64,000 bases of DNA from a virus (Duplodnaviria > Caudoviricetes): IMG/VR virus record IMGVR_UViG_3300008107_006173, one strand, 5' to 3'. The notes below the pieces were generated by a model. It searched no databases. It saw only the letters and a list, made by a program, of their open reading frames with translations, and was not told the DNA's origin. The position numbers and the translations under genes were made by a program. This document shows positions 56,320-64,000 of the stretch, piece by piece; positions within the stretch are counted from its first letter, which is position 1, and each line of letters starts with the position of its first letter.

Positions 56320-56856
56320 ATGGTAGATAAAGTTAAAAGTTATAATATTGATGGTGTTGCAGCTAATGTACAATTTGGCTCTCAAGGCCCATCATTTATT
56401 GGTTCAGATTCCTCAAAGATCAGACTTGAAGATAACACAGGAAATTTAGCTGAAGCAAAAATTGGCAATGCTACAATAGATAGTCATGCTGTTACGCTGC
56501 AACAACTGAAAACTCAATCTCAAAGTAAACTTCGAAATGATCAATTTTTAGTTGCTTATAATGGTGGTAATGTTAATCTAGCAAATGCACAACCAAATAC
56601 ATGGATCACCAGCGTTGTAGTTGAAGCATCTAATGTATGGACCGGTGCTGATGGAAATACAAATATTACAGTAGGCGACAGCGGTAATCCAAGCAGATTA
56701 TTCAGCACATTTGATGTTGATGCTCAAACTATAGATGAAACAGACTATAAGTATGCTAATGTAACAATGTTAACCGCTTATGTCACACAAGGTGGTGCTT
56801 CAGCAGGAAGTGCTATTGTTACCGTTTGGTATGTTGGCGAGCTTACAACTCCATAA
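56320..56856 (+). CDS. Putative virion structural protein (paralog)
   Basis: YNIDGVAANVQFGSQG, NATIDSHAVTLQQL. Confidence 0.75.
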   Translation: MVDKVKSYNIDGVAANVQFGSQGPSFIGSDSSKIRLEDNTGNLAEAKIGNATIDSHAVTLQQLKTQSQSKLRNDQFLVAYNGGNVNLANAQPNTWITSVVVEASNVWTGADGNTNITVGDSGNPSRLFSTFDVDAQTIDETDYKYANVTMLTAYVTQGGASAGSAIVTVWYVGELTTP

Positions 56857-56865
56857 GGATTGTTT

Positions 56866-57399
56866 ATGAAAATATTAGAAGTTAGTGATTTTGGATGGGG
56901 TACAGAGAAGCGTCCTGCTTCTGTTGTGTCAGCATCTAACAAACCAAAAAAGACTAAACCATCCCGAGGAGGCGAACAGCCACATCCATACCAAGGTAGT
57001 TTAGTAGGTGAACAAAGCCAATGGGGCGAGCCTGAAGATATACTAAGACAAGTGCTACAAAAATTAGAAAGAGAAGTAGAGTGGCCACTAACAGATGTTA
57101 TGGATCCTCAACAGGTAAAGCAACTACTATCTCCCCTAATGCAGGCCATAAGCCAAAAGCTAAACAGTTTAGATGAAGCAGAAGTAAGCAATACAGACTA
57201 CGAATTCACACATGGTAAAAAGCCAGGCGGTCAAGGTAGCTGGTTCTTTGTTGCACATCGCGGCGGCATTAACTTTAGTAAAGATGTTGAAGGCGAAGAT
57301 TATATTCAGTTACATCAAATGACCTACGGTGATGCTAAGAAAGCTGCCGTTAAGTGGGCTAAGTCTAAGGGTCATACCAGCTTATTCGTAGCAACCTAA
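56866..57399 (+). CDS. Putative internal virion protein
   Basis: MKILEV N-terminus; modules separated by xxE sites. Confidence 0.65.
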   Translation: MKILEVSDFGWGTEKRPASVVSASNKPKKTKPSRGGEQPHPYQGSLVGEQSQWGEPEDILRQVLQKLEREVEWPLTDVMDPQQVKQLLSPLMQAISQKLNSLDEAEVSNTDYEFTHGKKPGGQGSWFFVAHRGGINFSKDVEGEDYIQLHQMTYGDAKKAAVKWAKSKGHTSLFVAT

Positions 57400-57468
57400 T
57401 TCACTAATAACTAGTCTGTTTAATAAATAGTACATCTGCCCATAAGCAGCATCAAGGGAGATGACACA

Positions 57469-57612
57469 ATGGCTAAAAAAGCTGGTACGACTACACATAA
57501 GCATGTGCCGATCTTTAAGAAGACCGCACAAGACTCTAGAAATCCAAAAATGGCTTCTATGAATAAAAGCAAGAAGCGTTCATTTAAAAAATATAGGGGT
57601 CAAGGCCGCTAA
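57469..57612 (+). CDS. Small basic protein (47 aa, absent from ORF track)
   Basis: MAKKAGTTTHKHVPIFKKTAQDSRNPKMASMNKSKKRSFKKYRGQGR; GGGAG RBS; ATAAATA at 57423. Confidence 0.75.
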   Translation: MAKKAGTTTHKHVPIFKKTAQDSRNPKMASMNKSKKRSFKKYRGQGR

Positions 57613-57623
57613 TAAATATTTGA

Positions 57624-58841
57624 ATGATTTATGTTTATTTAAATGATAACGAAATAAACGGTTATTCAAATGAGCATCTAGAACGTTTTCAATCACAACA
57701 AGAAAACCGAGATCTAGATAGACTAGTTGGGCATAAGAATTTTTTTGATTTTCCTAGAAAAACTTCTAGTGATCAAAAGTATGTTTTTCCAATACTCTTA
57801 ACAGGAGAACCCCTAAAAAGGGGTCGTACTCTGCTGCCCAAGGACTTTGTATTTTATATTCCTGATAGTGTTTTATCCGATGTTAAATCAAATATTTGTA
57901 AAATAGTATTTGATTATTCCGGGGAAACCTACGACTGTACACATAGCAATAAACTTGATCTTGCTGATCACTTTGTAAAAAACACCATGAAGGCATATAA
58001 CTTAGAAAAAAATCATGTAATACTATTAACAGGAAATTACAAAGCATACAAACAAAAACCTTATCAGGTTTGTACCGTATTCAAGCCAGCATTTTTTATA
58101 CCAACTGCTACTAAAGAATTGTCGCAACAGCATAAACATAATATTCTTAATAAAAAACTAAGAACTTATAAAGTTATGTCGCTGATGAGATCCACACGCC
58201 CGCATAGGATAAAATTTGCCTATGATATCTTTTATAATGGACTCAGAGACGGTAATTTAATAACTTGTCATTTGCCCGCCGACAAAGTAAACTTTATTGG
58301 TCGAATGAATTTTATACAGGAACTACAGGATAAAAATTTCTTTAATACATTACCTTGGACTTTTGATGACCCTACAAGTAGTTTTGTTGCTCTTTTAAAT
58401 ACCAAAAAAGAAGAAAATCTATATCTAGATTCATACTTTAATTTTGTAATAGAAACATTTATAGTACCGTCCTCAGCAACCAATCAACAATATGAGATGG
58501 ATATATCCGAAAAGATATTTAAGCCTATATCAAGAATGCAGCCTTTTGTTGTTTACGGGCAAGCAGGAACGCTTGAGTTTTTAAAATCAATGGGGTATAA
58601 AACATTTAGCTCATGGCTAGATGAAAGCTACGATAACATACAAGACAAAGATCAGCGTTACGAAAAAATATTTAATCTATTTAAAAAAATCAATGCTATG
58701 CCTAAAACTGAGTTAAATGATATGCTATCTGAAATGCTTCCTACCTTAGAACATAATCAGACTGTGTATGAAACCTATGTAAGTAATAAAACATACTTGA
58801 ATGAATTCATGACAATTTTAGAGCATTCCTTTGATAAATAA
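57624..58841 (+). CDS. Putative GT-B glycosyltransferase (GT10-like C-terminus)
   Basis: SLMRSTRPHR, FNFVIET..ISEKIFKPI..QPFVVYG..L.FLKSMGYKTFS...DESYD. Confidence 0.55.
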   Translation: MIYVYLNDNEINGYSNEHLERFQSQQENRDLDRLVGHKNFFDFPRKTSSDQKYVFPILLTGEPLKRGRTLLPKDFVFYIPDSVLSDVKSNICKIVFDYSGETYDCTHSNKLDLADHFVKNTMKAYNLEKNHVILLTGNYKAYKQKPYQVCTVFKPAFFIPTATKELSQQHKHNILNKKLRTYKVMSLMRSTRPHRIKFAYDIFYNGLRDGNLITCHLPADKVNFIGRMNFIQELQDKNFFNTLPWTFDDPTSSFVALLNTKKEENLYLDSYFNFVIETFIVPSSATNQQYEMDISEKIFKPISRMQPFVVYGQAGTLEFLKSMGYKTFSSWLDESYDNIQDKDQRYEKIFNLFKKINAMPKTELNDMLSEMLPTLEHNQTVYETYVSNKTYLNEFMTILEHSFDK

Positions 58842-58871
58842 GCTAAAGTAACTTATTATAAAGAGGCTGCT

Positions 58872-60194
58872 ATGCAACTTAACGAAGTATTTTCAACCAT
58901 TGAAGAAGGCCCCAAACCTCAGATTGAACAGCTACGCAACATTTTAGCTGGGCGGCAAGCTGGCCCTGTTAAATTTAGCGACGGAACTATGCGAGTAGAT
59001 ATGTATAGTGCTAGTGCTGTTGTACAAGTGTACGATGCGGTTAGCAGCGAAACTCAGCAAAAAATAGACGGTATGTTGGCGACAAAGTTGGGCTTTATGA
59101 AATTAGCTGATTTTGCATTTAGCAAAACAAATAAGTCAATGAGCACTGAAGGCAAATCAGAGAATCGCGATCTATGGGATCGTATCAAGTCTAAGGGTGT
59201 CGTTCCTAACATCGATAAAGAAAAGTATACAGACTTATCGGACGAAGGATTAGAAGGTCCGTTCCGTATGAAGAATGGTCAAGTATTATACTACGATCCA
59301 AAAGAAGGAAAGTATTATAATCGCGACACAGATATGTATGTTGACTATGACGATTATCGTGCAATGAATGAGGATGACAACGAAGATGTTGGCGCACAGA
59401 TTGCTAATTTAATTCGTCAAAAGAGTTCAGCTTCAAGCCCAATTGCTCGCAAAAATATTGATGCTCAGATTGCACAGCTAAAGAGACAGCGTGATAAAAT
59501 GAATAAAGAAGTCGAGCAGGTTGATGAAGCATTAGAAGCTCTAGCACGTCATGTTAAAGAAGGCGTACCGCTATGTGATAGTTTATTCCGCTACATGAGC
59601 GAAGGATATTTTGATGTATTTGTTAAAGCTCGTAAATTGCGTGAAGCAGGTGCCCTACCACAGCTAGACTGGGAAAGTGAAGAAATGCTAGCCAGCAATA
59701 TTGGCCAAAAAGTAAAGCTAAAAGGTCTAGGTGAAGTATATCTAGATGTTCCTTATATGGGAGAATCAGCTGACGAGGGCACAATCGCACAAATGTCCGA
59801 TGAAGATTTAGCAGATTACATCGGTGTTAGTGTAGCAAAGGTAAAAGCAGATCGCGATGCAGCTGAAGAAATTGCAAACGAGATTACCAGAGACCGCGCA
59901 GAGGAAAGTATCAGTGAAGCTGAATATGCAGGCAAAGATGTAGATCTAAATAAGCCAAAGCGTGGTGGATCTAAGAAATATTATGTGTATGTTAAGAATC
60001 CACAAACAGATCGCGTTAAGAAGATCGAATTTGGTGATGTAACAGGCCTAAGAACAAAATCAAATAATCCGGATCGTGCAAGAAGTTTTGCTGCTCGTCA
60101 CAACTGTGAAAAGAAAAATGATAAGACCAAAGCAGGCTATTGGGCTTGTCGTTTGCCGCGCTACGGCTTAGTTAAAGGCGGCAAGTGGTGGTAA
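58872..60194 (+). CDS. Modular putative internal virion protein
   Basis: MQLNEV start; several short modules; C-terminal KKYYVYV..VKKIEFG..FAARHNC..K.KAGYWACR. Confidence 0.75.
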   Translation: MQLNEVFSTIEEGPKPQIEQLRNILAGRQAGPVKFSDGTMRVDMYSASAVVQVYDAVSSETQQKIDGMLATKLGFMKLADFAFSKTNKSMSTEGKSENRDLWDRIKSKGVVPNIDKEKYTDLSDEGLEGPFRMKNGQVLYYDPKEGKYYNRDTDMYVDYDDYRAMNEDDNEDVGAQIANLIRQKSSASSPIARKNIDAQIAQLKRQRDKMNKEVEQVDEALEALARHVKEGVPLCDSLFRYMSEGYFDVFVKARKLREAGALPQLDWESEEMLASNIGQKVKLKGLGEVYLDVPYMGESADEGTIAQMSDEDLADYIGVSVAKVKADRDAAEEIANEITRDRAEESISEAEYAGKDVDLNKPKRGGSKKYYVYVKNPQTDRVKKIEFGDVTGLRTKSNNPDRARSFAARHNCEKKNDKTKAGYWACRLPRYGLVKGGKWW

Positions 60195-60195
60195 G

Positions 60196-60621
60196 ATGAG
60201 ACTTATTGAAATCTTTCAAGAGGACAAAGCAGGTAAAACCTGTCCTAGAGCCACACAAGATCTCGAATTCAATATTGAAAATCGAGACTATGTACAAGAC
60301 AAGTTCAACTACGGTCCACTCAATGTAGACGAACCCGGTGATTACTGGGAAGGTGTAGCAGACAACTGGGATACCACAGTTGAAGCTGCAAAGAAAAGTC
60401 TATGCGGCAACTGTGTGGCATTTGATATTAGTCCTAGAATGGACGAGTGTATGCCCGGTCCTATTAGCGATGGCGATGGAAGATTGGGCTATTGCTGGAT
60501 GCATCACTTTAAATGTCATAGCGCAAGAACATGTCACACTTGGGCTAAAGGTGGTCCTATAACTAAAGATGAAATTAGTTACGAGTGGGGGCGCAAAAAT
60601 CAAATGGCTTATGAGCAATAA
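60196..60621 (+). CDS. Cys/His-rich late protein
   Basis: MRLIEI start; CGNCVAF, GYCWMHHFKCHSARTC.TW. Confidence 0.8.
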   Translation: MRLIEIFQEDKAGKTCPRATQDLEFNIENRDYVQDKFNYGPLNVDEPGDYWEGVADNWDTTVEAAKKSLCGNCVAFDISPRMDECMPGPISDGDGRLGYCWMHHFKCHSARTCHTWAKGGPITKDEISYEWGRKNQMAYEQ

Positions 60622-60892
60622 TCCTTACGCTGACTTTAGAGTCACCCACAAGAAGTTTTTAAGAGAATTTACTGCCACAGTAGAAGCAGACGAATTAGTT
60701 TGGCACAGAGACAAAAAGAATAGAACTGTTACAGTATTAGAAGGAACCGGTTGGAAATTTCAGTACGACAATAAATTACCAAAAGAAATCAAACCTGGTG
60801 ATGTTATAACAATAAAAGCCTGTGAGTATCATAGAATTTTAAAAGGCGAAACAACACTAAAACTAGAGATCATTGAAGATGAAAATAGCTGA
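60611..60892 (+). CDS. Small cupin-like protein
   Basis: ELVWHRD..RTVTVLEG.GWKFQ, EYHRILKG. Confidence 0.75.
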   Translation: MSNNPYADFRVTHKKFLREFTATVEADELVWHRDKKNRTVTVLEGTGWKFQYDNKLPKEIKPGDVITIKACEYHRILKGETTLKLEIIEDENS

Positions 60893-61043
60893 AATTGTTT
60901 CATTTGTTCCGCCAAAAAAGATCTATGATAAACCCATAGACTATGTGTATGCCTATCATCACCGATTTGATAATATGTGGAGTAGGCCTGCTAAAGATGA
61001 TAAACCTAAGAAAAAGCACCGCAAGTCTAAATCCAAAACATAG
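60879..61043 (+). CDS. Possible small basic protein (54 aa)
   Basis: MKIAEIVS...KPKKKHRKSKSKT; overlaps next gene by 47 nt. Confidence 0.4.
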   Translation: MKIAEIVSFVPPKKIYDKPIDYVYAYHHRFDNMWSRPAKDDKPKKKHRKSKSKT

Positions 61044-61626
61044 TTGGCATTTGCCCATAGACGACAATTTTCATTTTAGCCATAACTGTCTTAAAAATTT
61101 TGATCAGAATGGTTATGATCTAACATCATTAGAAAGAGAATATGCACTAGTTAATGGTGCACCATTAGTCACCGATGGATGGCGTAGTGCAGTAAAACAA
61201 ACCTGGTTTGCCTGTGATTCAATTGCTGGTCCGCACATTGATCATTCCTATCTGTATGAAAGAAAAACATTTGAGGGTGCAGCACTAGAGCAAATGGAAA
61301 AATTTGCTGAAAAAGTGCCGTTGGCCTACAAAGTAATAAGACTTCGTGCTAAATGGGGTATTGATGTGAGCATAGATTATGTGAGTAAAGAACACGCATT
61401 TGAATTATTTCATTATGAATGGGATGACTTTAATTTAGATAATGTACTCGAGAAACAATACGAAGTTGAAAAAATTATTTTAAATATTGATTGGGACGAT
61501 GCTGCCAAAACGCTTATTAAAAGAAAAGACGAATGGCATCATTTAGACTACAGCGGACAAGATAAATTCAAGTCTGATTTTTATGGTTTGTCACCGGATA
61601 GGTATTTTTTAGTAGCATGGGACTAG
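60997..61626 (+). CDS. Hypothetical protein
   Basis: FDQNGYDLT.LE..Y, KWGID.SIDYV; start moved to 60997. Confidence 0.7.
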   Translation: MINLRKSTASLNPKHSWHLPIDDNFHFSHNCLKNFDQNGYDLTSLEREYALVNGAPLVTDGWRSAVKQTWFACDSIAGPHIDHSYLYERKTFEGAALEQMEKFAEKVPLAYKVIRLRAKWGIDVSIDYVSKEHAFELFHYEWDDFNLDNVLEKQYEVEKIILNIDWDDAAKTLIKRKDEWHHLDYSGQDKFKSDFYGLSPDRYFLVAWD

Positions 61627-62177
61627 TTGAAGTTGTAGACACTGATATAGATGTTGGCAGACTCAGGGAAGCTGTGTTTGCCATTATGATTAGATTTGAC
61701 TTAACTTCTCTTTCACAAATAAGTCTAACCAGTCTAACAGGCGATAATGATTGGCATAGTGCTAACGGTAAAATATCAAATTTAAAATATCCTGAACGCT
61801 ACTTTAGATCAATAAACGATGGTATCAAAGATACATACTTAGAGGAATGTATCCATAGATATAAGGATTTTTATCGCTGGCGTATTTTGAGATTGTCACC
61901 TAAACAAACCTATTCTATACATTCTGACGGTGACGGCCTTAACAAAAACATTAGATTACATATACCAATTATTACAAATGAATTAGCCTTTCTGGCTTTC
62001 TACGACCAATTACCAAATCATAAAGAAGTATCAAAAGTTTATTACGAACATCTGCCAGCTGGTGCTAGCTATAGAGTAAATACCACCAATCTTCATACGG
62101 CAGTAAATTATGGCTTAGCAGATAGATATCACTTAGTGGGAGTAAAATATGAAAATAGCAATAACAGGCCATACTAA
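61617..62177 (+). CDS. Asp/Asn beta-hydroxylase-like 2OG-Fe(II) oxygenase
   Basis: YSIHSD, RLHIPIIT, VNTTNLHTAVN...RYHLV. Confidence 0.8.
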   Translation: MGLVEVVDTDIDVGRLREAVFAIMIRFDLTSLSQISLTSLTGDNDWHSANGKISNLKYPERYFRSINDGIKDTYLEECIHRYKDFYRWRILRLSPKQTYSIHSDGDGLNKNIRLHIPIITNELAFLAFYDQLPNHKEVSKVYYEHLPAGASYRVNTTNLHTAVNYGLADRYHLVGVKYENSNNRPY

Positions 62178-62685
62178 AGGTATTGGTCGAGCTATCGCAG
62201 ACCTATATTATACAGATGAAGTAGTAGGGTTCAGCCGCAGTAATGGTTATGATATTTCTACAGCAGAATCGATATCTAGCATTGTTGCTGAAAGCCTAGA
62301 CTGTGATATCTTTGTTAATAATGCTTATCACGATTTTGCTCAGTGCCAGCTGCTGGAAGAAATATTTAAACATTGGAAAGATGATCCTTCCAAAACAATT
62401 GTTAATATTATCAGTCGAGCTCGTTATGGTCTAAGTAAAGCCAAGTTCTATAGCCAGACTAAGATGGAACTTTACTCAAAAGCTAAATCCTATATGTTCA
62501 GCAACAAACGCTGTAGGATTATCAACATCAATCCCGGATATGTGAAAACTGACATGGTTGCACATGTCCCCAGCAATGTTAAAATGCTAACGCCAGAGCA
62601 AGCAGCAAATATAATTAAATGGTGCTTAGACCAGCCCCAAGAGATTGAAATAGGCGAAATTGGTTTCTGGTGTACGACCTCGTAA
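62149..62685 (+). CDS. Short-chain dehydrogenase/reductase
   Basis: ITGHTKGIG, FVNNA, YSQTK, NINPGYV.T. Confidence 0.88.
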   Translation: MKIAITGHTKGIGRAIADLYYTDEVVGFSRSNGYDISTAESISSIVAESLDCDIFVNNAYHDFAQCQLLEEIFKHWKDDPSKTIVNIISRARYGLSKAKFYSQTKMELYSKAKSYMFSNKRCRIININPGYVKTDMVAHVPSNVKMLTPEQAANIIKWCLDQPQEIEIGEIGFWCTTS

Positions 62686-62710
62686 ATGCTGGTCAATGAT
62701 AAATACTGTT

Positions 62711-64000
62711 ATGAAGAAAGTAGTCATATACCCAGGCCGTTTTCAACCCATGCTCAGTCACCACGCTGAAGTATTTAAGCAGCTAAAATCACAATTTCCT
62801 GATGCTGAAATATATGTAGGTACTAGCGACAAAGTTGAAGCACCAAAAAGCCCGTTTAATTTTAAAGAAAAACAAGCTATTGCTACTGCACACGGCGTAC
62901 CCGCTGATCATGTGTTAATGGCAGCTAGACCTTATCACAAAGACGACTATGCAAAGTATTTTGATGAAAATAACACCATCATTATTTTTGCAGTTGGTGA
63001 GAAAGATCTAGATCGTTTTCCGTTTGGAAATGTGGATGCAAAAACAGGGCTAGACATGACCGTAAAAGGCGAAGCACGACCCAAGTACTACCAAAAGATA
63101 AATACACTACAAGCTGATCCACGTCCTATGAGTGACCGCGGGTATATTACACTTGCGCCAACAATTATGACTGGTGATGAAATAGCTAGTGCTAGTGCTT
63201 TTAGACAAGCCTTAATTGATGCTCCTGATGAAACAGCAGCTAAACAGGTATTTCAAAAGCAATTTGGTAACTACGATGACAAAATTTTTAAACTAATTTA
63301 CAGTAAGGTAACAGGTGCAAATATGAGCGAACAAATTAATATTATGAGAAAACTAGCAGGTCTTCCTGTACAGGAAGCTGCGCCAGTAGCATTTAATGCA
63401 GAAGCTGATGCTAAGGCGGCTAAGTTCTTACCAACAAATGTGTCAAGTGCTAAGATGAGCATTGCTAACCGGTTCCCTAAGGGTGCAGATGTAAACGATC
63501 CTGCTGTAAAGCAAGAACAGTTTATCCAAGCACTACTGCGTTCGCCAGAAGCACTAATGTCTGAATTCAGCGAAAGACTAGATCCTAAAGATGATAACAG
63601 TCTGGCAGTTGGTCAAAAGCTAAGTGATATTATGCAGCTCATGAACCAAAAAGATATTGGTATTGCAAGTCTTCCAAAGGACCTAAAGCAGTTTGTACTA
63701 GATCTAACTATTAATGCTGTTAAGAATATGGAATTAAAAGCAGGCGACGATAGCCCAGCTTACAAAGACATGAGCATCGACGACGAAGAAGATGAGTTCA
63801 AGCGTGAATCAGTGGACTTATCCAGCATCCGCAACGAATACGGTGTTGAAGAAGCCAAAGATGAAGAAGATGAAGACGACGATAGTTGGATTCCAAGTGA
63901 AGATGAGTTTGACCAAGAAATTAAACATGGCTACAAGGGTCGCACAACAGAAGACGCTAATTCTGAATCCGATATGGTTCTAGCAAAAGCTGGCTCAGGT
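62711..64000 (+). CDS. Cytidyltransferase-like (HIGH superfamily) protein with acidic modular tail (partial; absent from ORF track)
   Basis: MKKVVIYPGRFQPMLSHH, SPFNFKEK, AVGEKD..RF, SASAFR; open to window end; ATAAATA at 62699. Confidence 0.8.
   Translation, partial: MKKVVIYPGRFQPMLSHHAEVFKQLKSQFPDAEIYVGTSDKVEAPKSPFNFKEKQAIATAHGVPADHVLMAARPYHKDDYAKYFDENNTIIIFAVGEKDLDRFPFGNVDAKTGLDMTVKGEARPKYYQKINTLQADPRPMSDRGYITLAPTIMTGDEIASASAFRQALIDAPDETAAKQVFQKQFGNYDDKIFKLIYSKVTGANMSEQINIMRKLAGLPVQEAAPVAFNAEADAKAAKFLPTNVSSAKMSIANRFPKGADVNDPAVKQEQFIQALLRSPEALMSEFSERLDPKDDNSLAVGQKLSDIMQLMNQKDIGIASLPKDLKQFVLDLTINAVKNMELKAGDDSPAYKDMSIDDEEDEFKRESVDLSSIRNEYGVEEAKDEEDEDDDSWIPSEDEFDQEIKHGYKGRTTEDANSESDMVLAKAGSG

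Noticed and set aside
11-63983. Many short ORF-track entries antisense to or overlapping clear genes (e.g. 697-984, 5542-5874, 28720-29208, 41633-42145, 54869-55114, 63792-63983)
   Set aside because: Shadow frames with no RBS or motif, fully inside better-supported genes
1-64000. tRNA, rRNA, tmRNA or CRISPR arrays
   Set aside because: No T-loop/cloverleaf in intergenic gaps and no regularly spaced repeat-spacer array seen by eye; tRNAscan-SE was not run
1-64000. Stop-codon reassignment (common in some jumbo phages)
   Set aside because: Conserved genes are full length in the standard code and TAA, TAG and TGA all end genes

Overview
Gene-dense, AT-rich 64-kb segment of a large lytic tailed-phage (jumbo myovirus-like) genome. 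The host is probably an alpha- or betaproteobacterium; this is inferred from the ClpP, Hsp20, peroxiredoxin and TonB-receptor sequence styles and from ROSE-like and PhaR-like sites. Most genes lie on the minus strand behind sigma70-type TTGACA-N16/17-TATAAT promoters. Plus-strand islands (tail-fibre/LamG genes, putative internal virion proteins) follow a T4-late-like ATAAATA motif. Content: clamp loader, a short DnaE fragment, GroES, ClpP/ClpX/ClpS, Hsp20, SufS/SufE/IscA, peroxiredoxin, NadE, GuaC, MazG, HD hydrolase, dCMP deaminase, QueD, UvsE, bS21, a full TonB-dependent receptor, a phasin-like protein, two SleB hydrolases, and a late-promoter sugar operon (RfbH + split transketolase + 2 SDRs + FkbM + GT). 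Best leads: a preQ1-I-like pseudoknot leader on queD; a branched 3,6-dideoxy-sugar pathway; an A9 frameshift joining two ORFs; a PhaR-like operator on the phasin-like gene; IHF-site/terminator/promoter modules; a candidate structured ncRNA; a ROSE thermometer. No tRNA, rRNA or CRISPR array was seen. All family calls come from motif recognition by eye, not database searches.
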